Source: a candidate division FCPU426 bacterium (lineage in GTDB: Bacteria; Oederibacteriota; Muellerivitia; Muellerivitales; Muellerivitaceae). Taken from it: a stretch of DNA of 64,000 bases. The position numbers were made by a program, and so were the translations under genes. The DNA is taken from the NCBI GenBank assembly GCA_963719085.1, contig CAVRAL010000004.1, forward strand, positions 1,152,001 to 1,216,000, written 5' to 3'. Shown here piece by piece: positions 38,972-48,864 of the stretch; the first letter of the stretch is position 1, and each line of letters starts with the position of its first letter. A model generated the notes under the pieces. That model did no database searches. It saw only the letters and a list, made by a program, of their open reading frames with translations, and had not been told where the DNA came from.

Positions 38972-39556
38972 ATGGCTTCTGAAACTTGGCTGGTGGTGGG
39001 GTTGGGCAACCCGGGCCCCCGCTATGCCCATACCCGGCACAACGCGGGGTTTGAGGCCGTTGAGACCTTGGTCCTGCGGCGCTCGGTTCCGCTTAAGGAA
39101 AAGGATGAGGCCATCTTTGGCTCCTATGTTTTGGAAGACCGGGAAGTCATCCTCTTTTTCCCCCAGACCTTCATGAATGAATCGGGCCGGGCCGTGGCGC
39201 CGTTCCTTCGTTACCGTCAAATCCCCTTAAACCGGCTTTTGGTTTTATCCGACGATTTGGACCTGCCGGTGGGAAAACTCCGGGCCAAACCTTTCGGATC
39301 TTCCGGCGGCCAGCATGGGCTGGATTCCATCATCGCCCATGTGGGAGCCAGCGATTTTCCCCGGATCCGCGTCGGCATTGGGAAGCCCCCGAATCCTACG
39401 CAAGGCGCGGAGCATGTGCTGTCCAAATTCACTCCGGACGAAAAACCCTTGATCGAAAAGGCCATTGCCCGGGCGGGCGCCGGGATTGAGACCTATATCC
39501 TGCGAGGGCCGGACGCCGCCATGCGGGAACTCAACGGCGATATGCCTGAAAACTGA
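38972..39556 (+). CDS. pth: Peptidyl-tRNA hydrolase
   Basis: VGLGNPG..Y..TRHNAGF, PQTFMNESG, DDLDL, RIRVGIG. Confidence 0.97.
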   Translation: MASETWLVVGLGNPGPRYAHTRHNAGFEAVETLVLRRSVPLKEKDEAIFGSYVLEDREVILFFPQTFMNESGRAVAPFLRYRQIPLNRLLVLSDDLDLPVGKLRAKPFGSSGGQHGLDSIIAHVGASDFPRIRVGIGKPPNPTQGAEHVLSKFTPDEKPLIEKAIARAGAGIETYILRGPDAAMRELNGDMPEN

Positions 39557-39567
39557 GAACCAAAACC

Positions 39568-39681
39568 AACCGCTCACGCAAAGACGCCAAGACGCTAAGA
39601 AATAAAAAATTTTTTGATTTTCAAATTTGATGATTCCGGCTTTGACTACCTTTTCGTCTTGGCGTCTTTGCGTGAGCCGTT
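39568..39681. repeat. Palindromic element family A
   Basis: GCTCACGCAAAGACGCCAAGACG ... CGTCTTGGCGTCTTTGCGTGAGC. Confidence 0.85.
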
Positions 39682-39699
39682 TTTGTTGGTTGAAGTTTG

Positions 39700-41244
39700 T
39701 TACTTTAACTTAAATACATAATTCAGCGGCACGCCTTCGCGTTTCACCACGTAGACAATTTTGGAAGCGTCCACCAGCTTGTCTTTATCATCCCGGGTGG
39801 TAGACAGGTAATAGTCGGCCTTTTTCAAATCATCCGTCCAGGCCAACCGATCGTCAAAGTAGCAGGCCACTTGGTAGGAATTGCCGCTGGCATTAATGAG
39901 AATGGGTGTTTTGCCCATTGGGTTTTCTCGTGTTTTAACCCACTCCACCGCTTCCTTGAAACTGGCGCCCCAATAGTCGGTCTCAAAGCGGGCTTGAGCC
40001 CCCCTGAGCCCTCCGGTTAACTCGTTGAAATAAACATACTCATAAGGATGCAGTCGAATCAAATCGACCGCCACAAACAGCGCCAAAAAGGCCGTGGTGA
40101 GGCCGATTACACGGCGGTTTCGTTGGGTCAGCAGGAATTCGGCGAAAGCCCCCGCCGCCATCACTCCCATCACCGGCAATAGAAATAGGAAATGCCGTAA
40201 ACCGTCGTATACCACGGGCTTCAGAAGGAAGTAAAAGGCCAGGTTCACCAATAGGGCTAGGGCCAGGAGCAGCCAGAGGGGGTTTGCCTTTGTTTTTTTC
40301 AGCGCCGTGAAGGAAGCCAAAAACCAGCCCAGGATGAAGAGGGGCGTGGTGACGAGCAAGAAAACCGGCAGATAGCTTCGAGGCAGGTCGTTCGACTGAA
40401 TCTCACGGCCCATAAACAGGACCGGACTACTCCAAGGATAATTCTTCGCCGCGTCCAGAAGCTCGATCATGCGGTGGAAGTAATCGGCGCCCAGATAGGG
40501 CCAGGTGGCGACCAGGATGAAATTAGACAAAATGAAAACCAAAAGGAACGCCGGAATCCGGTCGCTCCAAAAGGGAGTTGGTTTTGCCTTAGGTTTTCTA
40601 TTCGTCTTGGCGGCTTCCCACCGCCAAAGAATCATTTCATAACAGGGCCAGATGAGGAAAAGCGTGAATCCCACCAGCCTTTGGGAAACGGTGAGGCCGA
40701 AAAGGGCGCCCAAGATCAAAATTTTCCCCAAGCTCGGGAAGGGTTTTTGGTTCAGCAGGAAGACGGCGGCCAGGGACACAAAATAAAGCACGGCGAAGGG
40801 CCCGTCTTTCGGGTTGGCCGGAAGATCGCCGGTGAGACGGGGCGTGAGAAAAAGAAAAACCGGCCCCAGAACCGCGGCCCAGGGTTTTCGCGTTTGAGCC
40901 AATAAAACCTCGTAAGCGGCGGCGAAGAGAAAAAAACCGAAGGCCAGGTTTAACCAGTGGTCGTAAGCGATATCCATGGAGGGATTCAGCAGCGAAAGGA
41001 CCCAGGCGTACCAATGGTCGTAAAGCACGGTGGCGTCGTTCGGGGAGGCCTTTTGAATAAGGCCCATCCATTGGCCGTCGAGAAGATAGCGGCCCAACAC
41101 CAAGCCGCGCGCGTAAACACCCGATTCATCCCAGGTCTCCCCGTAATTCCGGTAGGTCAGGGCGATAAATAGAAAATAAAAGAACGAAAAGAAAACCAAG
41201 GGATAGCGTTTTTCAAAAAAGGTCGGGGAAGCGGCTTGGGCCAT
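39700..41244 (-). CDS. GT-C (PMT/GT39-like) membrane glycosyltransferase
   Basis: GETWDE acidic motif, NPKD, YDGLRH, HPYEYVYFN, ETDYWG. Confidence 0.75.
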   Translation of the reverse strand: MAQAASPTFFEKRYPLVFFSFFYFLFIALTYRNYGETWDESGVYARGLVLGRYLLDGQWMGLIQKASPNDATVLYDHWYAWVLSLLNPSMDIAYDHWLNLAFGFFLFAAAYEVLLAQTRKPWAAVLGPVFLFLTPRLTGDLPANPKDGPFAVLYFVSLAAVFLLNQKPFPSLGKILILGALFGLTVSQRLVGFTLFLIWPCYEMILWRWEAAKTNRKPKAKPTPFWSDRIPAFLLVFILSNFILVATWPYLGADYFHRMIELLDAAKNYPWSSPVLFMGREIQSNDLPRSYLPVFLLVTTPLFILGWFLASFTALKKTKANPLWLLLALALLVNLAFYFLLKPVVYDGLRHFLFLLPVMGVMAAGAFAEFLLTQRNRRVIGLTTAFLALFVAVDLIRLHPYEYVYFNELTGGLRGAQARFETDYWGASFKEAVEWVKTRENPMGKTPILINASGNSYQVACYFDDRLAWTDDLKKADYYLSTTRDDKDKLVDASKIVYVVKREGVPLNYVFKLK

Positions 41245-41302
41245 GGGCCCATTTAACAGGAGCCGAGGGTCCGCTTCAACAGCGGAATGAGGGGTTTAAA
41301 AG

Positions 41303-41331
41303 AAAAGGCCGGGCGGACTTGCCCGGCCTTT
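41303..41331 (-). terminator. Intrinsic terminator after the RND gene
   Basis: AAAGGCCGGGC..GCCCGGCCTTTT. Confidence 0.75.
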
Positions 41332-41350
41332 GGATAAATCAGGATAAAAA

Positions 41351-44300
41351 CTAGGCGCTGGATTTACGGCGTTTACGGTTTCCGGTGGTTAGGTTTCCAT
41401 CCTCGTCAAACTCGAACTTGTGGATATCACCCCGCTCCAGGTTTGACATCAAGCTATAGGCGCAGGGAACCACGACCAGGGTCAGGATGGTGGAGAAAAA
41501 CATCCCGCCGATGATGGCCACCGACATACCCTGGCGGAGTTCCGCGCCCGGGCCAAAGGCCAAAGCCGCCGGGATGGCGCCCGCGATGGTCGCGGCGGAG
41601 GTCATCAGAATGGGACGGAAGCGGATCGGGCAGGCCGCCATCAAGGCGTCCTTCACGTTCATATTGTCCAACCGGCGGCGTTGATTGGTGAAGTCTACCA
41701 GCATGATGGAATTCTTTTTCACCAGCCCCAACAACAGGATGATGCCGATGAAGCTGTACATATTGAAGGATTGGCCGGTAATGAGCAGCGCGAAGAACGC
41801 CCCGGTGATGCTGAAGGGAAGCGCCAACAGGATCACGATGGGCTGGATAAAGCTGTTAAATTGGCTTCCCAGAACCATGTAAGCCACGATGATGCCTAAA
41901 ATCATCACGATGCCCAATTGGGAGAAGGCGCCGCTGTTGGTTTGGGAGCTGCCGGTCAACTGTACGCTGTAGCCGCCGGTCGTGGGAAGACAGCTTTGGG
42001 CGTCGTCGGTGGCTTCCTTCAAGGCTTCGGCCTGGGAAGTTCCCGGTCCCGCGTTGGCGTAAAAATAAACGGCGGGTTGCCGCATGTCACGGGTAATTTG
42101 TTGCAAAGAAGTGGTGACGGCCAAGCTGGAGACGGCCGAGACCGGCAAAACCTCGCCCCGGTTGTTGCGGACGTAAATATGATTAATGTCGGTAGGAAGC
42201 AGGCGCTGCTCATCCGGTACCCGGAGCAGGATGGGATTGTCGTGCCCGTCTTCGTGGAAATAAATCCCCTGGAAGGTATAGCCGCCGATCAAGGAACCTA
42301 CCACGTTGCCCAAATCATCCATATTGACGCCCATGGCGGCGGCTTTGGCCCTATCCGGAATGATCCGGATTTCAGGCTGGCCGTCCAAGAAATTGTCGGT
42401 CACGTCGGCCAACTTGCTATCGTCTTTGAGTTTGGCCCGGATGGCTTGGACTGATTGGGACAGGACGGTCCAGTCCGGACCCGTGACGATAAACTCCGCC
42501 GCGTAACCCTTGCCGGTCGACATACCGCGCTGGGACAAATCCTGGATCGAGACTTGGAGATCGGGGGAAACCTTGCTCAGCTTCGCCCGGAGCAACTGGG
42601 AGAACTCCATCTGGGTCAGCCGTTTATGCACCTTCTTCTTGGGTTTTCCCTTGCCCTGGCTCAGTTCCTCGTCCACCACCGGACGGGCGCCGGGATCTTT
42701 CATGGTGACGAACAAAATGGCCGCGTTGGTGGCGCTGGTGCCGAATCCGCCGACGGCGGAATAGAGGTTCTTGATCTCGCCGCGGTCTTTAAGCGCCGCC
42801 TCGCATTGTTTGACGATGCCGTCGGTGTGCGTCAGTGAGGATTGCACGGGCAATTTCAAGTTCACGATGAAGACGCTTTGGTCGGTCACCGGCACGAATT
42901 CCTTCTTGACCAACATAAATGAGAAAAGGGAGCCCGCGAAAATGGCCAGGGAGGTGATCAAGATAAGCCAACGGTGGCCCAGCGACCAACCCAGGACCCG
43001 GGTATAAAATCTCGTCAACCGGTGGAATTGGGTGTTGACGAAATGATTAAAGCGGCTGTGCTCATCGGCGCTATGCACGAATTCCGAGCAGCGCATGGGC
43101 GTCAAGGTGATGGCTTCCAGCAGGGAGATCAGCACCGCGCCTGAAAGGGTGACGCCGAATTGAAAGAAGAACTTTCCGATGACGCCCTGCATGAAGGCGA
43201 TGGGCAGGAAGATGGCGATGATGGCGATCGAGGTGGCGATGGCGGCGAAGGTCACTTCCCGGGCTCCCTTGAGGGCGGCCTCGACCTGGTGCTCGCCCTT
43301 TTCCTGGTGACGGACGATGTTTTCCAGCACCATGATGGCGTCATCAACGACCACGCCGATAGACAAGGAAAGCGCCAAAAGAGTGAAGGTGTTCAAGGTG
43401 AAACCAAAGAAATAAATGATCATCATCGTGCCGAACAAGGAAGTGGGGATGGCGAGGAACACGTTCAAGGTCGAGGTCCAACTTCCCAGGAAGAGGAAAC
43501 AGACCAACCCGGTCAATAAGGCGGCCAGGAAGATGGTCAGTTCCAATTCATGGACGTTGTCCTTGATGAAGGTGGTCGTGTCGAAATTGACCGCGATGTG
43601 GTAGCCGGGGGGAAGCTGTTTTTGCACTTCCGCCATGCGCTGTTTGGCGAGGTCGGCCACCTCGACGGCGTTATAGCCGTCCTGCATCACGATGCCTAAG
43701 CCGACCGCCGTGGTGCCGTTGAAGCGCGAAAGCCTAACCGTGGGGGAAACGATGCCGTCCTCAATGGTGGCTACGTCCTTCAAACGGGCCGCGCCGTAGT
43801 TGGGCGCGCCCCCGCGGGTGATGATGGGTAGGTCGCCAAAGGCGGGAACCGTGTAAGCCTCGCCCATGGAACGGATGTCATATTGGACATCGGGTGTTTC
43901 CATGGACCCCGCGGGAACCTCATCGTGCTGGTGCTGGATGGTGTCGATCAGGTCCTGGACGGTCAATTCATGGGCGTTCAGCTTATTGTTGTCCACCCAA
44001 ATATTGACCTCGCGGTTCATGAACCCGCCCAGGAAAACATTGGAAACACCCGGCAGGCTGGTGAAGTGGTCCTCGATATGGTCGCGGGTGTAGAGCATCA
44101 TGTCCTTGACCGTCAAGGGCGGGTCGACCGTGACGGCGAACCAGATGATGGGGGAGCTGTTGGGGTTTTGCTTGCGGATGACGGCCGGATAAACGTTGGT
44201 CGGCAGCTGCTTTTGAACGGAGGCCACCAGGGTTTGGACGTCTTGGACCGCGGCGTCCACGGGCCGGCTGATATCCAGGAACACCGTGATATTGGCTTGG

Positions 44301-44560
44301 CCCTGGGTACAGGTGCTTTGAACGTCCTGCACGCCTTCCACGCCCAAAACCGCCTGTTCCACCACGTCGGAGACGTCGGATTCCACGACCTCAGGGGCGG
44401 CGTTGGGCAAGGTGATGGAAACGTTTACGACAGGGAAATCCACATCGGGCATTTGGGCTAATCCCATCCGGCTGAAACAAATAAAACCGAATAAAAGCAG
44501 GGCGGCCATGAACATCCAGGCCATCACGGGGTTGCGGATGGAAATATCAGACAGGGTCAT
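41351..44560 (-). CDS. RND efflux permease (AcrB/MdtB family)
   Basis: PDVDFP, GVVVDDAIMVLENI, KKNSIMLVD, RFRPILMT. Confidence 0.96.
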   Translation of the reverse strand: MTLSDISIRNPVMAWMFMAALLLFGFICFSRMGLAQMPDVDFPVVNVSITLPNAAPEVVESDVSDVVEQAVLGVEGVQDVQSTCTQGQANITVFLDISRPVDAAVQDVQTLVASVQKQLPTNVYPAVIRKQNPNSSPIIWFAVTVDPPLTVKDMMLYTRDHIEDHFTSLPGVSNVFLGGFMNREVNIWVDNNKLNAHELTVQDLIDTIQHQHDEVPAGSMETPDVQYDIRSMGEAYTVPAFGDLPIITRGGAPNYGAARLKDVATIEDGIVSPTVRLSRFNGTTAVGLGIVMQDGYNAVEVADLAKQRMAEVQKQLPPGYHIAVNFDTTTFIKDNVHELELTIFLAALLTGLVCFLFLGSWTSTLNVFLAIPTSLFGTMMIIYFFGFTLNTFTLLALSLSIGVVVDDAIMVLENIVRHQEKGEHQVEAALKGAREVTFAAIATSIAIIAIFLPIAFMQGVIGKFFFQFGVTLSGAVLISLLEAITLTPMRCSEFVHSADEHSRFNHFVNTQFHRLTRFYTRVLGWSLGHRWLILITSLAIFAGSLFSFMLVKKEFVPVTDQSVFIVNLKLPVQSSLTHTDGIVKQCEAALKDRGEIKNLYSAVGGFGTSATNAAILFVTMKDPGARPVVDEELSQGKGKPKKKVHKRLTQMEFSQLLRAKLSKVSPDLQVSIQDLSQRGMSTGKGYAAEFIVTGPDWTVLSQSVQAIRAKLKDDSKLADVTDNFLDGQPEIRIIPDRAKAAAMGVNMDDLGNVVGSLIGGYTFQGIYFHEDGHDNPILLRVPDEQRLLPTDINHIYVRNNRGEVLPVSAVSSLAVTTSLQQITRDMRQPAVYFYANAGPGTSQAEALKEATDDAQSCLPTTGGYSVQLTGSSQTNSGAFSQLGIVMILGIIVAYMVLGSQFNSFIQPIVILLALPFSITGAFFALLITGQSFNMYSFIGIILLLGLVKKNSIMLVDFTNQRRRLDNMNVKDALMAACPIRFRPILMTSAATIAGAIPAALAFGPGAELRQGMSVAIIGGMFFSTILTLVVVPCAYSLMSNLERGDIHKFEFDEDGNLTTGNRKRRKSSA

Positions 44561-44593
44561 CGGGTCATCCTTCGGAGTTGATGTGCGGCACGG

Positions 44594-46015
44594 CTACTTT
44601 TTCTCGTCCGGCAGTTTCGGCAACTCACCCACGGCCACCCCCAGCCAGATTTGGTCGTAAAGGGTTTGGTACCGGGTTTTGACGTAATCAGCTTTGGCGG
44701 TTTCCAACGAGTTCAGGGTTTGTAAAAGGGTCAACGGCGTCTGAAGATTTAATTTGTAATCATGCAAAACGGCATCGTAGGCGGCTTGGGAGGCGTCCAT
44801 GGCATTTTGGTAGGCGGCGGTTTGCTGGATGGAATCCCCAAGGCCCTTATAGACTTGGCGGATTTCTTCCAGGGCGGCTCTCCGGGTTTGGCTCCAGGCG
44901 AGTTTCGCCTGGTTCCGTTTGGAATCGGCTTCCCGTTCCTGGGCCACGATCTGGCCTCCTTCGAAAACCGGAAGCGAGGCTTCCAGCCCGACAGTCCATT
45001 CCCGGGGGTCGTTGCCGCCATCGGCGGCCAGGTAGTAGTTGCCCGTGGCGACGAGGGACGGCAGGTGTTCCCCATGGGCCTGCAGGACAGAGGCTTCCGC
45101 CACGTCCAAGCTGGCCTTGGCTTGCTGGACATCGGGACGCTCGTCCACATGGGTCACCGCATCGTCCAGGCCGAAGGGCGGGATGGCGTAATTCTCGTCG
45201 GTGGATTGAAGTTCGGTGTCGGGCTTAATCCCGGCCAAAAAGGCAAGCGTTTCCCGTTCCTGGGTGAGTTGGGTCTTGTCATTCTGGATGGTCGCGTCAA
45301 GCTGGGCCAATTGAGCCGTGGTGGTCAACATGTCGCTTTTTTGGGCGCGTCCGATCGAGACCCAGTTTTTTTGAACGTCTAATATTTTTTGGGTCAGGTC
45401 CCTTGAGTCCATATCCGTCTGCAGGGAGTCCTGCAATTCCAAAACGGAATAAAAGGCTTGAGCCACATTCAGAAGCAGGCGGCTGGACGCTTGGCGTAAT
45501 CCGAAATTTTGAGCGTCGATATTGGCCTTCGCGCCTTGGAGAGCGGCTACTTGATTTAAACCGGACCAGATGGTTTCCGCGCCGCTTAAATAAAGGGAAT
45601 CCCCGGCCGCGTTGGAGGAAGTGTTGCCGGGCCCGGATTGGGCGAAGGTCCCGGAGGCCCAAGTTTTTTGTCCAACCAAACCTATCTGAGGAAGCCAGGC
45701 TCCCAAGGCCTGCTGCTGCTGGGCTTCGGCTTGTTCGACATTTTCCACTTGGCTGGCGAGGGTCTCCGTGCGTTCCACCGCCAGCGCGTAAACATCCCAA
45801 AGATTCAAGTTAGTCTTTTCGGCTGCGGCTTTCGCTAGGTCCGTGTTGACGCCCGTATAGGCGGGAAGGGGATTGTCGACCCGCTCCTGATCGACCTCAA
45901 CATGGTAATGCGCGCAGCCCGAAAGTAACCCCAGGGCCGCCAAGCCGGCGGCGAAGGTTTTGAAGGTTTGGATGTTTTTCAAAAGACGATCCTTGATCGG
46001 GTATTGACGTCTCAA
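44594..46015 (-). CDS. TolC-family outer-membrane factor (lipoprotein); start uncertain
   Basis: LSGC lipobox, OEP repeats, RPDV, LPVFEGG. Confidence 0.88.
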   Translation of the reverse strand: MRRQYPIKDRLLKNIQTFKTFAAGLAALGLLSGCAHYHVEVDQERVDNPLPAYTGVNTDLAKAAAEKTNLNLWDVYALAVERTETLASQVENVEQAEAQQQQALGAWLPQIGLVGQKTWASGTFAQSGPGNTSSNAAGDSLYLSGAETIWSGLNQVAALQGAKANIDAQNFGLRQASSRLLLNVAQAFYSVLELQDSLQTDMDSRDLTQKILDVQKNWVSIGRAQKSDMLTTTAQLAQLDATIQNDKTQLTQERETLAFLAGIKPDTELQSTDENYAIPPFGLDDAVTHVDERPDVQQAKASLDVAEASVLQAHGEHLPSLVATGNYYLAADGGNDPREWTVGLEASLPVFEGGQIVAQEREADSKRNQAKLAWSQTRRAALEEIRQVYKGLGDSIQQTAAYQNAMDASQAAYDAVLHDYKLNLQTPLTLLQTLNSLETAKADYVKTRYQTLYDQIWLGVAVGELPKLPDEKK

Positions 46016-46054
46016 AATAGGCCAAACGGCTTGAGCAAAATAGCAACAGGCCTC

Positions 46055-46663
46055 TTAGGGTTTCAAGAGTCCTTGGGCGAAAACTTTGGAGAGCGACCGC
46101 GCGTACTCCTCGTCGCCTCCCTCAAACTTCATGCATCCGCCTAAAATTTTCTCGTCCATGGTGTAATTCATGATGGCGCCCACGAACTGAAAGGCCACCA
46201 GCTTCATGGCGTTGGGGGACATTTTCCCCTCGAGAAAAGGGCCCAGCACTTGTTTGATGTTCTGGTCCACCCGGTCCTGGATGTTTTCCATGTAGATTTT
46301 CTTCAGATAATTGTTTTTCAGGCTCTCCGACAGCAAAATCTTGGTGAACTCCACATTCTCATCCTTTTTCATCTGCTCCAGGAAACCCCGGGCGGTTTGA
46401 TAAAGGCATTCCTCCAAGGTGCGGGGGGTGCCCAGGCCTTGGACCAATTCCTCATCCTGCCGCCAACGCAACTCAAAGATGCCGTGCAGGATGGTTTCCT
46501 TGCTTTTGAAATAATGATAAAGCGTGGCCTTGGTCAGCCGGCAGGCCCGGGCGATTTGGGACATGCTGGTTTCTTTCACGCCTTTTTCCGAAAAAAGCTT
46601 CCGGGCTTCCGCCAAAATTTTAACCATCTGTTGCTGGTGTTTGTGGGGGTCGAGCACTTTCAT
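46055..46663 (-). CDS. TetR/AcrR family regulator
   Basis: LFSEKGVKETSMSQIA..TKATLYHYFKSKE. Confidence 0.95.
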   Translation of the reverse strand: MKVLDPHKHQQQMVKILAEARKLFSEKGVKETSMSQIARACRLTKATLYHYFKSKETILHGIFELRWRQDEELVQGLGTPRTLEECLYQTARGFLEQMKKDENVEFTKILLSESLKNNYLKKIYMENIQDRVDQNIKQVLGPFLEGKMSPNAMKLVAFQFVGAIMNYTMDEKILGGCMKFEGGDEEYARSLSKVFAQGLLKP

Positions 46664-46743
46664 AAGGCCATAAACCTACCCTGCGGTTGATTTTTTTTGT
46701 AAGGGCCCGTCATCCTTTTCATTCCTTCAAAAACCTTTCTTAC

Positions 46744-47187
46744 TTACTTAGCGGAGCAGGGGGCCGAATTCGGGCACGAGGCCGGCGGCATGTGATGGAA
46801 CAGGAACCAAAACCATCCCTCCAACCCCGGTTTCACGGGTGGATGATCGTGTTGCGCCTTTAAGGCGTCCAATTTTTTAATCTGTTCGGCGGACAAGAGC
46901 GGGCGAATCTTCGCGTCGATCTTGTCCCGGATGGCGCAGAACTTATCGCGGTCCAAGTCCCGTAATTTGTTAATGTCGGCGTCTTCGGTTTTGAGAATGG
47001 CCTCGACCTTGATTTTTTGGTCGGGAGTCAAGCTCAGTTCGCAGGCGAGGCGGTCCAAAACATGATGATGATCCCCGCTGTTGAGCCACATCCGGTTCAT
47101 GCAATGGCTGATGTAAAGCACGGTGATCATGGAGCCCACCAAAAGGCCGATGATGAAAATAAGGGAACCCTTGATCCAGTTTTTCAT
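46744..47187 (-). CDS. Membrane-anchored periplasmic Spy/CpxP-like protein
   Basis: TM anchor; LSLTPDQ and LSAEQ motifs. Confidence 0.6.
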   Translation of the reverse strand: MKNWIKGSLIFIIGLLVGSMITVLYISHCMNRMWLNSGDHHHVLDRLACELSLTPDQKIKVEAILKTEDADINKLRDLDRDKFCAIRDKIDAKIRPLLSAEQIKKLDALKAQHDHPPVKPGLEGWFWFLFHHMPPASCPNSAPCSAK

Positions 47188-47188
47188 G

Positions 47189-47650
47189 TTATTGCCCCTC
47201 GTCGTAGCTGATGAGCGAAACCGTGAGGTTGCTCGAGGCCGGGAGAACCGGAGCCGCGACGGCGGTCGAGGCCACTTGGGATCCGCTTTCATTTAACAGC
47301 GAGGAATCCGAGGCCAAACCCGGAAGGTTGGGCAGAACGGCGGTCCAAACCCAGGCGGCGGCCGCGAAGGAGCCCACCAACGGCAGGGACCAGGGCATCA
47401 GGGATTTCCACAACGATTGTTCCCGATTGGGTTCCAGGCGGGCCATCACTTTTTGGGTGAAAAGATCCTCGCTCCATTCGGAGAATAAGGGCTTGGCGAA
47501 AAGGAAGCGCGAATGGGTCTGCCATTGACGAAGGGTTTGCCGGCAGGAGGGGCAGGCTTCCAGATGGCTTTCCACTTCCCAACGCTCGGGTTGGGGAAGC
47601 CTTTGGTCATAATAAGCCGAGAGCTTTTCGGCTAGTTTGGCGTGATTCAT
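47189..47650 (-). CDS. Zinc-binding (ZAS) anti-sigma factor
   Basis: HLEACPSC HxxxCxxC motif plus TM helix. Confidence 0.88.
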   Translation of the reverse strand: MNHAKLAEKLSAYYDQRLPQPERWEVESHLEACPSCRQTLRQWQTHSRFLFAKPLFSEWSEDLFTQKVMARLEPNREQSLWKSLMPWSLPLVGSFAAAAWVWTAVLPNLPGLASDSSLLNESGSQVASTAVAAPVLPASSNLTVSLISYDEGQ

Positions 47651-48258
47651 TCGCTTCTTTTCCTTTCGTAATTCACGGTTTGGACGCCCGGAAGCGCCTG
47701 GAAGTGTCGGACCCGTTCCTGCATGGCTTTGCGCGCCCGGGATAGGCGGCTTTTGACCGCGTCCACTGAACAGTGCAAAACTTTTCCCAGTTCCTCGTAA
47801 GACAAACCCTCCGCTTCGCGCAGGGTCAACAGGGTTCGATAGTCATCCGGCAGGGCGGACAATATTTTTTGGGCCAGATCCCGGTTTTCCAGGGCGGTGT
47901 CGGCGTCGGCCTCGGTCGAGGCCAATTTTTGCAGGAAGCCCGTTTCCTGCTCCATCAGCGCGTCCCAGGATACAGAAGGACGCCGTTTTCGTTTACGCAA
48001 AAGATCAAGACAATGGTTGGTCGTAATGCGGTAAAGCCAGGTGGAAAAAGCCGAGTCGCCCCGGAATTTGGCCAGGGATTGATAGGCCTTCACGAAAGAG
48101 TCCTGGGCGGCCTCATCGGCCTGAACCGGATCCCCCAGCATGGATTGGCAATAGCCCCGCACCTTGCGTTGGTAGCGTTGGACCAAATGGGCGTAAGATT
48201 CTTTATCGCCGGCCAAGATTTGTTGGACCAAAAGACGGTCTTCGATCACGGATTCCAT
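47647..48258 (-). CDS. ECF RNA polymerase sigma factor
   Basis: FSTWLYRITTNHCLD, GLSYEE, VKSRLSRAR. Confidence 0.95.
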   Translation of the reverse strand: MESVIEDRLLVQQILAGDKESYAHLVQRYQRKVRGYCQSMLGDPVQADEAAQDSFVKAYQSLAKFRGDSAFSTWLYRITTNHCLDLLRKRKRRPSVSWDALMEQETGFLQKLASTEADADTALENRDLAQKILSALPDDYRTLLTLREAEGLSYEELGKVLHCSVDAVKSRLSRARKAMQERVRHFQALPGVQTVNYERKRSE

Positions 48259-48394
48259 TCCCCTAATCTATATTGATATAAGGACGTTGAAAACCCCTCC
48301 GGGGGGTCGCGGCGGCTTTTTTATCCGGCGTTTTGAGGTTTTTTTCCGTTCTTTTCCTAGGCGCGGGGTTGGGGCTTATATAATAGGAGCCCTA

Positions 48395-48844
48395 ATGGAA
48401 TTTCCCCTTTCCAAGAAAGCAAGGTTTTTCACCGCTTTCCCGCTGACTTCAGCGGAAAAGAAGGTATTGGGTTTTTTGGGGTGTTTAGTCTTGCTGGGTT
48501 CGGCCACCTTAGGGTTTGAAAAGCTGGGCGGCCGGTTTCCCGAGCCCTCTTTCGCGTCGGCCTTGAGCCGGGTGCCTTTAAGGCCGCCGGTTTATGTCTC
48601 CCGCGCCGCGGGCGGCCAGGGCCGGTTTTCAGGTCTTTCCCGGGCTTTGGACATCAACCGGGCCGGCCTTGATCAGCTGCGCTGGGTTCCCGGCGTTGGA
48701 CCCGAGACGGCTAAGCGGATCGTCCAATACCGTAAGGCCCACGGGGATTTCGAAAGTTTGGAAGATTTAAAAAAAGTTCCCGGCGTGGGCGCGAAAAAAT
48801 ACAACAAGATGGCTCCCCATTTGAAAGTGGACGCCAAGCCTTGA
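48395..48844 (+). CDS. comEA: ComEA-like helix-hairpin-helix DNA receptor
   Basis: TM helix; LDINRA..L..VPGVGP.TA.RIV.YR..G.F..LEDL.KVPGVG. Confidence 0.8.
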   Translation: MEFPLSKKARFFTAFPLTSAEKKVLGFLGCLVLLGSATLGFEKLGGRFPEPSFASALSRVPLRPPVYVSRAAGGQGRFSGLSRALDINRAGLDQLRWVPGVGPETAKRIVQYRKAHGDFESLEDLKKVPGVGAKKYNKMAPHLKVDAKP

Positions 48845-48864
48845 TCCTTTTTGAAAGGCTTCGG

